DNA of 64,000 bases, from positions 1,736,001-1,800,000 of the forward strand of contig NW_026250404.1 in the NCBI RefSeq assembly GCF_024521635.1. The letters are read 5' to 3'. Of this stretch, positions 1-13,502 are shown in pieces. Under the pieces are notes generated by a model. It was given only the letters and a program-made list of their open reading frames with translations. It was not told where the DNA came from and did not search any database. The stretch's first letter is position 1, and each line of letters starts with the position of its first letter. Origin of the DNA: Tricharina praecox (Eukaryota). Position numbers and translations under genes: made by a program.

Positions 1-1
1 G

Positions 2-883
2 CGGAAGAACATCACCAGCTATCTCGGGGGCGGTGCCTCGGTGCATCCCGCCGTCAGGATCATGAACGTCAGTCGCCCGTCCTCCAAGCCATCCTCTCTT
101 GCAACACAATGCTAACCCCAGACACAGGGCGAGGAGTACTACCTATATGACGCCGCACGGCCATTGATTCCTGTAATTCACTCCGTCGCTCCAAATCCCC
201 TCCTAATGCTTACGAATTCCCAGAGCCAAGTCCGAGACATCGAAGTCGACTCGGCCGAGCACCTAGAGCGCTCATCAGCCTCTGCGCGCTCTCACCACCG
301 CCGCGTTGGCTCGGGGGGCTCACGCGGTCGTCGATGGCGCCGCCGCCGGAGAGACTCGCCACCTCCTATCATCGTGAGTACTTACCACCCCCTCCCCCGC
401 TCACAGCGAGGCTGGCCTGGTTGCTAACTTCCAGGTCAGCAGCTGGACGTCAATATATTCATGAATGGGCACAGCATACCGACGGCCACCATCAACCGCA
501 GCATGTCGTCGACGCCCGTGGAGCATCACCGCGGCTGCCAAAGCGCAGCAGCAGCGGCGGCGGCGGTGTGTCCGCCGAACCAGCAGCGGCAGCAACACCA
601 GCCACCCCGAGCAATAACATCAACACCACAGCAGCCACCATCCCCACCGACACCCGCACCCGCCCCACAGCATTATGAACACACCGACCGCCAGCGCCAG
701 CAGCTAGCGGCAATGTTCACGCCGGCGATCACCCCGCCCCCCGTCGAGTTCTACCAGCCGAAGCCGTCGCTGCGGTTCCGGACTCCGTCCGTCAGCTCGT
801 TGAGCGCCGTCAGTGCGTGCTCTTCGCCGAAAACATTTACTTCTTCTAGTGGCGCCGCGGGCGATGCGCCGATAGCTCTTTAG
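2..883 (+). CDS. 5'-truncated gene of unknown function; Pro/Gln/Ser-rich C-terminus. Probable exons <2-67, 128-172, 224-373, 440-883
   Basis: Donors GTCAGT (68), GTAATT (173), GTGAGT (374); GCTAAC/CTAAT branch points; CAG acceptors at 127, 223 and 439 join into one frame (RKNITSYLGGGASVHPAVRIMN-GEEYYLYDAARPLIP-SQVRDIEVD...-QLDVNIFMNGHS...APIAL*). The closer CAG at 434 would end the frame early. Confidence 0.6.
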
Positions 884-2169
884 CTACTACTTACTTGTGT
901 ATTCTGAACTCTGGTGTATTCTTTATTAGCGGGAGGGGGCTGTTGTTATTATTATTATTACTATTTTGGTTTGGTTTGGTTTGGTCTTGGTTTTTGGTTT
1001 TTGTTGTCCCGTACTTAGCGGGAGTTATGCTGGTTGTTTTGTTTGTGCTGTATATACTTTTATTGGGCGACTTTGTTTTTCATTCATTTTCATTTTTTTT
1101 TTCGCGGAACTTCCGAAGGGGAGCATGGAGGAGGAATCGGTCCAGCGGAGAAAACCGACATGGAAGGGATGGATGGATGGAAGGAAGGATGAGGAGGCGG
1201 ACTACCGGTATTAAAGTCTGTTCATAGATGGCATGGAAAGAATACCATATCCCCCCCGGGCCCCAGGGGCCAGCTTTGGAAACCAAACTTCCGCCTCACT
1301 CACTCGAAACGTGTGCAAGCCACCAACTGAACCGTGTTCCACGTGCTTTTGGTTGGGAGGGGGGGCTTTCCAACGGGCCTTCTCGTGGTGTTTCGTTCGA
1401 GACTCTGAGTCCTGACCACTCGGAAACGATGCCTTGAAGTCTGAACCGTCACGACCGTTGCCATCGCCCAAATCTCGATCCGGAGGCATTATGAGGTCAT
1501 GGACTCATGATAGGGAATGGGGGGAGAAGCGCGGTCGAGCTGCGAGCACGGACGATGCACGTTGCATTGCAGTGCACACTTCCACAGTCCACGGTCCACC
1601 TACCATCCATGATCCGGATTCCAAATTCCAGATTCTAGGGTCCCCCTTACTCCCCTTACCGGCACTCCCCTCCCCCCCCCCCCTCCTCCCTCCCCCCCCC
1701 ATCCCCGCCCTCCTCCTCTCCCTTGCATGTCTACTCCACTCAACAGCCCCATCCATCGGCCCCATCGGCCCCAGAACTTCCCGACACCGACACCGTCACT
1801 CACTCCAACATCCCTCATCCCACCCATCACCCGACCATATATAGACCACAGACCAGTAACCACAGTGGTAGTGGATCATGGATGATGGATCATGAAATCT
1901 CACCACTCGACTTGCCTTGACTTGTGCTTGGGCGGGGCGCTAGTAGCCCCGAGTGCACTTTAGACGAGGCGGGCGGGCGGCTGGTGATCTACGGACCACC
2001 GCCACCCAACCGAGTCGTGTAGGGACGTGAGGGCCCCTTATGATATGGTGAGGCTTCTGGTCGTGGCCCTGGGCCCTGGGCACTGGGCACTGGGCACTGG
2101 GGCTTCGAGGGATCGGATCGGTGATGCTGGTGCTGCTGCTCCTGCTTTTGCTACTACTGATGCGAGTAG

Positions 2170-2585
2170 TGAGCAGTGAGCAGAGCACCCTGGGCCCTGG
2201 GCAATGATCTTCCGAGACTGCGAGACAGCAAGGCAGCGGTACTACACATCGCCGCGTGCCGGGTGCGAGACAATAGACTTAGAAGTTAGGGCTGGTTAGT
2301 GGTCACGACAGCGGCAGTGCGGCCAGATCTAAGTGCGGCGTGAGTAACGGTGAGAAGGTGTTGCCAGTCAGCAGTGAGCAGAGCAGTAAGAAACCTGGGG
2401 AAGTGGGCCCTAGCAGATGATCTTCTGAGACGGTGAGACTGCGAGACTACGGTGCTACACATCGCCGCGTGCCGCGTGCGAGACTTGGAAGTTGGACGTT
2501 GAAAGTTGGGGCTGGTTAATCTCCGGCCCAATGGCACGAGTGCACGACTGCTCGCTGCGGCAGCGCGGCGTGAGTAACGGTGAGT
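2170..2585. repeat. Diverged tandem duplication, two copies of about 190-215 bp
   Basis: Both copies (about 2170-2355 and 2371-2585) carry, in order: GCAGTGAGCAGAGCA, TGGGCCCT, ATGATCTTC.GAGAC, CTACACATCGCCGCGTGCCG.GTGCGAGAC, AAGTT.GGGCTGGTTA, GCGGCGTGAGTAACGGTGAG. Confidence 0.8.
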
Positions 2586-5500
2586 GAGTGGAGGTGGACC
2601 GCCCCATGATAGTCCAGGTAGATTGCCAACGGCCTTTTATTATTATCTTAGTCCTGTATACTAATAGGTACGGTAAGTACCGAAGGTACTAACTACGATC
2701 GTCGACCGTGCGCGTTTCCTACACAGTACAAACTATTTCCGATTTCGCTATGTACTGATAACTACTGCTATAGTTTGTTTTATGTGCGAGATTCACGATT
2801 CACGGCCTCCCTCTCTCCCGCCCCAACTTCAGCCGTCAAGATCAGGTACGTCATCACTCGTTCACTCGTATTTGGGGCCGCCAGTCCAGTATGTATACGC
2901 CGCCTCCCCCGCCTCCCAGTGCATAAGCCTCCCAGTGCACAACTTCCAGCTGGCAATAACAACAACCCGCAGGGCTGCACCACATTAGATTCCTCCGCAT
3001 CGGCTGGAACTCGGCCTGTCATGAGTTCATGGTGTTCTGCCTGCGTTCTGCGCACTCTCCTTCACCTTCGCCGCCCTAGAAGTCCAAGCCCTGCGCGGAC
3101 GAATTAGCATCTCTAGACTCCGGTCGCTGGTTGGTTGTTTCGCCAGAGCGAATGGGGGATGGAGTAATGAAGGCGTCTGTCGAATAGGTATGCAATCCGA
3201 TCAGCTCGGACTCTCGGAGGGTGTGGCAATGTCATTCCTGTGAGCGTGTAAAAGAAAGAAGAAAAAAACGAAACAACAGAAGAGACGGATGAGTTATTCC
3301 AAGTTCCAGCGGGTTGGGGTTTTCTACATGCGAGCCTGAAATTACCATATAATAGGGCTCTCGAGTCTCGAGGCGCGGGGAATCGGGGATTTTCAATGGC
3401 GCGTGGTGGGTAGAACTTGGAAGAGGAATAAGGTGCACATGGTGTTTAATATTTGATCATTTGTGCTGGCGAGCACTGAGCACTGAGCACTGGGCACTGG
3501 GCACTGATCAGGGACGGGTGCCGAATGACAGCCTGTGCTTGCTCTTCTAGACTCGGAAGCCCGTAGTTTTCCCCTGTCCGGAAGCCCGTGGTTGTCCCCG
3601 GTCGGGAGGAGGAGAGATTGTAGTTATCAACTTATCATCACAGTTATCACCATACTTACCACCACAATTACCACCACAGCCAAGCAGTCAACCCGACGAC
3701 CGTGCGTGCGTGCGTGCATATATCTGCGCGGAAGCCTGCCCTCCCTTCCGGACATGCAATATCACCTTGTGTATGCATTTCCCATTCCGTACCCACCGGA
3801 CCGAGTCCGAGTCCGGACTCCAAAGCGCATTACCGCATTACCGCTGCCGCACACATTGGAGCCTCGAGGGAATAGGTAGTCGTGATGCATTATCTATCGC
3901 AGCAAGCCGAGGACTCAGTCACTCAGGAAAGATAGGATATACATGTATAAGTACTATGACTATCATGAGCACTGAGTAGATAGGCTCGGATAGCGCATAA
4001 CTTATAAGGCACAAAAAAACCTCTCGGGGAGTCGGGGAGTCGGGGTTCAAGGCGATCGCTATATCACCGTAAATATAGACAATAGAGGACCATAGGTGCG
4101 TAGGTATTCTATGGTTTTAACTATGGCGATTATTCTGCTCAAGGGATAACCATAACTACTATCATCACCCAGCCCCCAAAACTAGGTATGCTACCACTGC
4201 CACAGCCACAGCCACAACCACTGCTCCGCCCAGCCGAGTTCCATCCTCCAACTTCCAACTTCCAACTTCCTTCCATCGCAGCGTCCAGTCCATGGTCCAG
4301 TCCACGGTCCAGTTCCACATTCCCAGTAAGCAGAGCAGCGGAGCACTAACTATTTACTTAGCTCACAAACAGAAGCAGAAGCAGAAGCAGAAGCAGAAGC
4401 ACTACCTACCTAGATACCTACCTACATCATACATATAGAAGTTCATGCGCTCTGCTCGTACATAAGTACCGCAAAAACAATCCAGGAACCCTTCGTATAC
4501 GGTATCAGTCGGCCTGCAGGCTGCAGCATCCGGGCTCCGACACTCACACTCACACTCACACGGTAGAGTAGGTAGGTGATCGCTGTCCGGCAACTATGCA
4601 GTGTAAAAAGTTCTAAATGAGTGACCAAGATGTAGGTATGTATGTGTGACCGACATTGGAATCCCCATCCACGCCGCTTCCCAACAGGACAGGACAGGAC
4701 AGGGCGGACAAGTTACAGCCGGTTAGGGCGGACACCAGTATGTAGGTATTGTTGCCGCATTTCTCCCACAAAATGTCCACGACATGCCCGGTCGGATAGT
4801 TAGATACCAGGGTGAACCCGGAACCTCGGGTAAGATGGGGAGGACTGGGGACGGGGACTGGGGACTGGGGACGGTGAATGGACGGGGGATGGGGGCACGG
4901 GGAAGGGGACTGTGCGGCGGGCATGAAATAAACAAGACAAGAGTTCAAGCGAGTTTGAAAACTCGTCCACGCAGCGCCCTAGAATATTCCACGGCTTCTC
5001 GGCGACCTTCCGCAGCGGAGACGCCTCGGTCCCATTTCATCTCACGGGTGCGAAAGGAAAGATGAAAACCAAAAAAATCGATGGAAGGGAAGGGGTCCGC
5101 GTAGATAGAGGTCTGCGTAGATAGAGTACGTGGTTCGCATTGCGTTGGCGCACCAGCTGGCCGTGCAGCGCAAAGTTACCACTCAAAATGCACCGTATCC
5201 GCCCCGCTCCCCGCGCTGGACGAAATCCATCTGCCCCAACTTCGAAGCTCCAGCCGTAAATGGCTCATGGCGATAGTGAGTGCGCGGAGTGGAAAATCCG
5301 GCCAAGGAAAATGAAGCAATGAGATAGAAGCCACCGGCAGCTGGGCGACATCTCGTGCTGGTCGGATGAGGTTGAATCCCAACAAATAAAGGAGGTCTCA
5401 AACCAAACATACGTAAACATCCTGCGAGAGGGAGCAGGAACTGTGCAGGCGGACCCACCCGAACGGAGGGGGAAGTGACGAGGGAGATGGGACGACGGTG

Positions 5501-8500
5501 CATATGTGTGGTGGTGAGAATGTAGAGTGCTCCGCACTTATGCAGTCACACCAGGTAAAACGGCGCTCGTCGCTCGTACACGATAATAGCCCTGTCCGTA
5601 TCTATCGGCATCAATCGGTCGGTGTAGAGGGTATCTCGGCGGCTGCACGGGTAGATAGCCTCAGATCGAGCAAGACCTTGAAGAATCGAAAACTTTTCCC
5701 TGCGTCTGAATGTCTGAGGAACGATATCGGATATTCTGGAAGGAGAAGAGAAGGATAGAGGTATGCATGCATGCATGGCAGAGTGCTGCAGGGCACCACT
5801 CCGACACAATAGTGACCTGGCTTATGGAAAGTCAGCCTCGATGCTAAGCGTTGTGGGTGGAGCGCGTACATTATACATACCCAAGGGGTGCGTTTAATCA
5901 AACCCAAACACACCGATATCCTGGATGATAACTTGAAGACCCCACAAAGTTTCCCGACAGCGATAAGTATGGTGGCCTTCCCCCGGTCCATAGGGAGAAA
6001 CTTGGCCCCATAGTGGTCAAGTTCCCGGCTAAAAGCTTCTTCCATCGTCAACGTAATGTTGATACCCAGTGTTTCTGGAAGGTTAGTGCGTCTTGGCCAG
6101 CCAGCGCGCATCGTATGTACATAAATTGAATGACAGTTATCCACATGCACTCGGCAACTCGGAAACGTTCTCAATGCCGACAGATTGCCGCGTATACGAT
6201 GATTCGGTGCCCGGCAGTAAGCTCTGACGATGGTGGAGCTTCCTGGAACGAAATGGTTTTACCATGTGAGCTCCTAGCACTCGTTGCCGGTGATTAACCT
6301 CGGGAAGTTTCTCAAAGCGTAATGAATGGTATTGGAAGGCTGCCCCCATCATCCAGTGACTTGAGATGCATGTGCTTGGGGTTAAGCGTGGTTTCGACGA
6401 AAATTTCGTCAAACATGCATGTATGGAAGTCTCAGTGCTGCAGAGCAATCTCCGTGAGACTATACTCTCGGGGGTCTTGGTATTCTGGAAGGAGACGTCG
6501 GGTCAGGAGCGGCAAACCAGAACTGATGAGGGTAACGACTTACATTGAGTGCATGGCATGTAAGGCTGTTGAGCAGGACATGCTGTGTTTATATTGAGAC
6601 TTCCGGGGGGTTCACCGTGTGAGAACTCTGATTGAACGTGAAAGCCAGCACAACCGTGCAGCTTTGGGTTTCCGGTCCGAGTGCTATCGCGGAAAACTAA
6701 ACATCAGATAGTATGTCGCGTTGAAGAAGGGTGGCTAAGTCCATACCTCATACATATGGTAAATGAAATGATTGAGCCAATAACTGTATGCCACTGACCA
6801 ATTTTCAGTTACAGATAGTGCCCCTTGATCATGGACAATCACGAAGGAGTGGCAGTTTACTTGTGGGACCGAAGTGACCGCCTCCTCTCTTAAGTGGCGG
6901 GTAAAAGCGCCTGCCGTCGCCAGTGATTGATCCGCGGAATTCGGGGGGGTCGTCAGCTCAGCGTCTCACCATCAATCCTGTTCCGCTTTGAGCGAGAACT
7001 TTGTGGAGGATTTCATCTAGCCGATATCCGGAAGATAGCGTCCCTCCCAGTCGGGGGCATTGGAAAAAGAACCCCCCATGCCGTTACTTGACAAACTGCG
7101 AATCAGTGAGAGTTCGAGATGTGAAACCTATTGGAAAAAAAGAAAGAGAAGAGGTACATACCGCTTGTATTTCCCGAATAACGTCTAGCCTTGCACTTAA
7201 TTTGTGCAATTGAGTGCTTACTTCACTTCCAGATGGCAGAACCGCAGAAACATAGCGCTGTCTGACCAGGCTTTCGCCGGTTAGAAAGAAATTGGCACAC
7301 ACAGATGAGTCCTCCTCTAGGTATGGGGCCTTACACAATCAGAAACCAGCTCTGCTCATGCTTGCATTAATATAACGCATACATTTAACCTCCTCCTTAT
7401 GGTCTAGGTCTCGGATTTCTCACTCCTTTGAAATACCAAGCATCAAACGCCCCCGAATCCGCTCCTGGAAGTGGGGTGCGGGTAGTGGTGATCGTTGGGG
7501 ATGGATCGGAACTGTTCTAGAGTTGACGCAAAACGGTTTTCCCCACGCGGGGGTCACCATCACCGCATAACCAGGTAACTGGGGGGTTGATGTTCTTGCT
7601 GCGCGTTCCACGCATATGGAACCGGCGCCAGAAACATACCATTGTGCTTCAAAATCGACAGATGCGGGTAATTGGGATAAACTATCCTTCAAAGGTATCT
7701 CTCCATGCTCGTGATTTCCTATGACCGTTGCTGAGAAAAGCGGAACCGCGGCCATCCGATAACGCTTATCGTGGTTGATACCGACACGACGGGCCGTTCC
7801 GCATTAGTACAATTGGTCGGATGTGGTGCCTAAGCATCTGAGCACGGTCGCTGAACCAGGTTTGCATAGGTATTTGCATACCTAGGTCCCGGCTGATAGT
7901 TATCCCCGTCTCAAGTTATCGCGTGGGTACAAGGCGGGACCATGGGTGTAAGGGGAACTGGTGAGAGTGATTGAAGATGGAACGATCACAGCCATCCCAA
8001 GATGGCCTGGTGTCTGGTGTTTGGTGTCTGGTGTACACACAGGGTAGGCACGCGAACAGTACCACTCGAGCACCACTGTAGCTTTAAGGGAGCTGAGGGC
8101 TGAAAGCACAACTGGAGAGGACGATACTTGACGAGACTGCATTAGTTTGTGCTGACGGTCGATCAATCCGACGGCTGCCTCCCAGTCCCCCCCCCCCCAC
8201 TGAAGCTGTATGCTCATTAGCACTTGGCGTGTGATATCTGCACTGTGGGGGGGATGGGGCTCGCTAGGACTTTGGTTCTATTGGACGTCTCACATTAGTT
8301 TCTGATAGGCATCCTAGAATTCAGAGCACTGACCCCATGCGATCCCCCGTGTATTTTTTATTTGCTGTTGCCTGGAATTCCTGGTTTTCGCATCTCATGT
8401 GCGCTGCAGATATAGATGGTTTCGTTTTTGGTTGGCGGATCAGTGGGCAGGTGGAGTGGTTAGTCCGTGATAACAAACACCTAACTACCATTTAATGTCA

Positions 8501-11500
8501 CATGCAGCGATTGGAAGTACTCAGCGCTCATGCTCTGCTCGGTCTGCACGAGCGTGCATGCGCGTACTCATGATACTGTGCATCTCTTCAGATCCTATCA
8601 TTCTCTCGCGAGCGATTCCGAAGGAAAAACACATGAAGCGGAGCCCGTAGACGGTGGGGCTCAAGGTAGCCAATCGCCATTCCCTACCGATGAGGGCAGC
8701 AAGAATCGTGTCAAGAAAACCGCTCAACAGGGCACCGAGGCTCGGGAGAACGACGGCCGGTCGTCCAACGATCCCAGGATTTTTAGTTCTTCCCCTACAG
8801 ATCCTGCTAGGCGGATATCCCCGTACATGGTGTTCCCGCAACCCGTGTGGTCAAGTAGCTAGCTCCGAGTTTGGACAGTTCAGACTGGATGATTCAGACG
8901 CGATGCTGCCGGGGGGATACGTACGATGATTTGCTGGCTCGGAAACACAGAGCGGCCACCACCACCACCAACACGAGACCCCAAAGGAGAGAACAGTCAC
9001 AGGGCCAGTTCCTTGAGGGTGTCGAAGAAGATCACCATCAAGGAGGTGGCCTAACGAACGATGTCTAGAGCTCGGCATTGCCTGATGCTACCTCCGAGTG
9101 GTACCAGATAGGGATCAGCGAAAGTTTAGATACTCTAGATTCGCGATATATCAATGTCGACTAGGTAGCTGCAGTGTCGAAACTTGAAATACAGACTTCC
9201 TAGAAGGCGGCGGGAGGGATATCGACAGCGTCAGGATCAATTTGAAAGAGCTGGATAGTGGCATGTGGGATCGATCGATGATGCGGCAACTGGCAGCCCG
9301 ATATCAGTCGACCCGCGGTATTTACACGCACGGCGGAGCAAGGAGTAAACCAACCTCGAGGCGAAGCATCCGAGTAGTAGTAGTGATCTTGTGGGTAGCC
9401 GTGTATGTAGTATGTAGGTTCCGCGGATGATTGTCCGGTCCAAAATGAGGCAGGACCTATACCGGTATGTAGAGTACAAAGTATGCAATAAAAAATACAG
9501 ATCTGGCGGCTGTGGACATATCCGCCGTCGGATAGATGCAACCGCCAGATCCTTGGGTGGGGAGACGTTGTACTGAGATGGAAATCCGGTCCATTCCAGG
9601 GACGGTAACCACTTGCCCACCGAACGAGGTGGAAGCGAAGCGGGAACAAGCAGCTCGTAAGGGGAGAGCAGAGTGGTCCGTGGATTTCCTGTTGCGGTTT
9701 TTATTTATCTTTCTCGTATCAGGGGAATTGGACTGCGGTGCATGCGTCGGCGGCATAGAGCAGCACCTGCATTGGCGAGCGTGAGTGAAGCCAACGAGGC
9801 ACACGGCGGGCCGTGATGTCGTGGTGATGTCGCCGTGATGTAAGTTCCATGTCAACCGTGAACGGCGAAGTATCAAGCGATCAAGCGGCGACCTTTGATG
9901 CACGACCGAAGAGCTGCACCATCAAGCAATCTCCGAGACTGACTATCGTGCAGAAAACGACGGACGGCGGAGGAATGTCCGGCGTACGGATAGGTGCAGA
10001 GTTGTATGTATGTCTGTGGAGAAGGAGGGGGGCAGTAGCCATGGGCAGAAGAATGCACGACACTTGCCATTACTGGAGAGAGTCGGTATCAAGTATCCAT
10101 CCAGCTGAGGGCTGTGAGGGCCGCAAGCACCACGACTTGGCTAGCTCTTTTGAGAGGGTATGGGGGGTAGGGATGGCAGTTCCGGGGATGAGTAGCGCAT
10201 GTGAGTCGTGAGCGGGTGTGGGGGGTGGCATCACAGCGGCCGGATCCTTGAGGGCATCCCTTCCAGTGCCACGGCTGCTTTCTGGCCGTTGCCGTACCCT
10301 GCCAAACACCAAAAACAAAAGAAGCCACCCCCAGATATCACACGCATAGATGTCCAAAACGGTTTACTGGCGTCTTGGCGGTTGCCGGAACATTAAGCAG
10401 CAGGCCGTGCGGGGCCTTGTTGTTGTTGCCGGAGACCCAGCTGGCCAGGGCGACGCAGTCCGGGGCAAGTGCACTGGCCCCAGTCAGCCCAGCCAGCCCA
10501 GCCCAGCCCAGCCAGCCCAGTGCCGTGTATAGTACGGGTACAGCACTCCTGCTGCCCTTCTGCTCCGCGTGCTGCAGCTGCGGTACGGTATTCTGGTTGC
10601 AAATGCTGATGGATACATACATCAAGCCATCTGCGTGCCCGCCGCAACCTCCCCCGCCCGGAGCGCGAACAGGCAGCTAGCGTCCTCGTCCCCACTGCCC
10701 CAGCGTGTCTGGCTACCACAGGACGCGGCGCAAAGATGGGGTGGCCGCCGCTGAGGTGGCGGCTAAGCACTGACCTCCTTGTTCGCTAAGCACTGACCAG
10801 GGTGGACGAAGGGAAGGGATCTGGTCTCGTGCGATCTGAGATAGAGTGCTCTACCTATCCAGCGTAACGTTTCTTCGCACTGCTGGCCAAAACCCGTGCC
10901 GGCTCGGCCCCTGCCACCCATCTCAAATGTCCTCCTCTACTTGGCTGGCCTTCGCTACCGAGCAGCCGGCATTCAACGCCTTCCCTTCCACATTCGTCCA
11001 CTGCAGCCTGTGGACCGGACGGACTTTGCTTCATCGGGCTCGGCCCAACGTTTCTTCACTTGTCCCACTGCGGAACCCACTGTATGGGAGCCTACTCGCA
11101 GCCTAGGTCCCAATGCGCCAGCGGATTGATGGCAGATCACAGTGACCCCCCCCCCCCCTTCCCTCCCCCCCAGGCCCCCATCCCCACCCTCCACCCCCGC
11201 CAACGGCCATGCTTCGTCAATCACCTCCAACCCGTGACCGGCGTGCTTTCCATCCCAGGCCGGTACCCGCCCAGAGACGACCGACTGAGTTGTCATTGTC
11301 ATCTCCACCACCCCCCCCCCCCCCCCCACAGACACCCTCGCAGCATCCGCAAGGTCTAACTATCACAGTACCCAGGGCACCAGCTGACGGTGTGGCTGCC
11401 CACCGAAACGGCTGTCCGGCCGCCGGGTCACAGCCAGAGCAGTAGGCAGTAGGCTGCCAAGTGGAGTATGTACCTAACTCACTTACTTACTCACTTTCTT

Positions 11501-12236
11501 CCTTACCTAGCTGATGCCGTTCACCTAGAATACATCTGAATACAGCGGCCCACTGGCCTTCGCTCGACCGCCCCGGTGATCAGCAGGGCCATGCGCAGTT
11601 CGTCTCTTGCTGTCCTCTGCAGCTGGTCCGGCCTGACGAATTCCATCAACATGCTCGAGCACTTCTTCACTTCCTTGTCACGCTGGGAATGCCATACCTT
11701 CTTACTGACTTACTCCCCACCTTGTCCACCACTCCTGCACTGTGCCGGGTCCTTCCTGCGCGCTTGAGGCTGCATCTGTTCGTCCCCTGCCCTGGTGATT
11801 GATCGGTGCAATGGACCTGATTGAAAGGGAAAAAAAAGGATCCACAACATATCCACGACCACCTTTCGAATCCCACAACAGCTATAAAGGCCGCCGGAAG
11901 TCGCCACCTCCCCGCTGTTCTATTCTATATCTCCACCATTCACCGCCTCATTCAATTGAGCCTTCCACCTTGAGCCTTCTCCCAGACCATTCCATTCCCT
12001 TAGAAGTGCCCAACATAGTATCGATAAATCCATCCTGCAATCCCGCAATCCTCTTAACCTCCTCCTCTTGACCTCTTACTTCTCCTCATCATCTACACAA
12101 GCCACACATTCTCCACCGTCAGACTTCTGTTGTTCTCTTCTGTTGCTTCCCTTTTTCCGCACGTATTTTGGAAATCAGTCAATTCCATATTTGGCAGTCA
12201 AGCCTGCCCCCACCCAGCATACCGGTTTCCCTCGCA

Positions 12237-13223
12237 ATGGATTACCTGCACGGATCAAACTTCACCGCGCCTCCTGCGCCCTCGTACTCGTCCTCGCCTA
12301 CAGCACCGGGACTCCTCATACTGGCCATGCTTGCAGCATACGTCACGTATAAGGACTACTCCGGCTTCCTATCGCTGGGCCCTGGAGGCACGCCGTCGAC
12401 CTTTACTGGTTACATGAAGATCACCTTTCTGCGGCTATTTGCACTGCGACACCCGCGCTGCCCCGCGCCGATCCCGGAGGAGCTGCAGAACACGGGGTTC
12501 CTGCGTCCCGGCAGCATCCCTGTGCGGCGGTCCGCGCGGCCCGACGTCGCCGGGATCGCTCCGCACCGTCAAACGAACCAGTGGCCGTCCCCCGAGGTGT
12601 TCAACGACCTCTCGGCCTCCATCATGAAACTCGCAAAGGACTATCCGTCAAAGTTCCGCATCGCAACCAGCGCTTTCGAGAAGCATTGTCCCGGTCTCTT
12701 CTCCAACAAGAAGGCCAACCCCGAGGGCAACGGCGAGGTCTGCCATGCCCATCCAAGTGATGGTAGCATGCACATGACCCTTCACCCGGAGGATATCAAG
12801 ATTGTGATAGAAGCAGGTTGGGGCGGTAAGTTCAACCATCACATCCATGGTATCTCGCATATATTTTATATAGGTTTCATATACATACATATCAAACCCA
12901 TATACCTGTATATGCCCATGGGGGCTAGAATCCGAATGCTGATCTCTTTTTCTTCTCCTCCAGAACGTCATCCCCTCGCCAAAGGAGGCTGGTGCAGTCG
13001 ATTCGTGCCTCAGGGTTTCGTCATGGTCTACGCCCCGCGGTCCAAAGAGGAAGTGGAGGTGGTGATGGAGATTATCAAGGCCGGCGTCGGCTGGATCAGC
13101 GGCGAGAAATTCGTCCCAAACCCACTGGAGGAGTCGAGAGATATGTCGCCTGTCGTCACGGCCCAACTACCCGCGCTGGATAAGAATTGCATGGACCACC
13201 GGTGCGGCGCTGTCGCCTCCTAG
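12237..13223 (+). CDS. Fungal luciferase-family (Luz/DUF5519-like) protein; exons 12237-12825, 12964-13223
   Basis: N-terminal hydrophobic segment followed by DYSGFLSLGPGGTP...GY; also PHRQTNQ, SAFEKH, EVCHAHPSDGSMHMTLHPED. Splicing intron 12826-12963 (GTAAGT...GCTGAT...CAG) restores GWGERHPLA...YAPRSKEEVEVV. Motif order matches the fungal luciferase family as recalled. Confidence 0.85.
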   Translation: MDYLHGSNFTAPPAPSYSSSPTAPGLLILAMLAAYVTYKDYSGFLSLGPGGTPSTFTGYMKITFLRLFALRHPRCPAPIPEELQNTGFLRPGSIPVRRSARPDVAGIAPHRQTNQWPSPEVFNDLSASIMKLAKDYPSKFRIATSAFEKHCPGLFSNKKANPEGNGEVCHAHPSDGSMHMTLHPEDIKIVIEAGWGGKFNHHIHGISHIFYIGFIYIHIKPIYLYMPMGARIRMLISFSSPPERHPLAKGGWCSRFVPQGFVMVYAPRSKEEVEVVMEIIKAGVGWISGEKFVPNPLEESRDMSPVVTAQLPALDKNCMDHRCGAVAS

Positions 13224-13464
13224 GGATACATATGTGCCACCTACATGTTGTCTCCGAACGACGGTTATCACATCACAGCCAGGGGTAGGACGTTAGATCC
13301 GTATCATATCTCTTTTTTTTTCCTTCTTTTTTGATTTTGATTTTCTCTTTTCCTCTTTTCCTGGGCGGGTCTTTTTTTTCGTTCTTCTGTTTTTTTGGCA
13401 TCTCTGCCCACCCACCTACTCACTTACTTACTTGCATCAAGCCCAACCCGGGTTGCTTGAAATT

Positions 13465-13468
<4 letters not shown>

Positions 13469-13502
<34 letters not shown>

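Noticed and set aside
895..1227. Hydrophobic ORFs downstream of genes (also 13331-13651 and 46239-46652)
   Set aside because: Products of T-rich 3' UTR sequence with non-ATG starts.
5500..9100. Scattered 100-190 aa ORFs as genes or transposon relics
   Set aside because: No recognisable domain, coherent splice model or terminal repeats; could be very old relics but cannot be supported.
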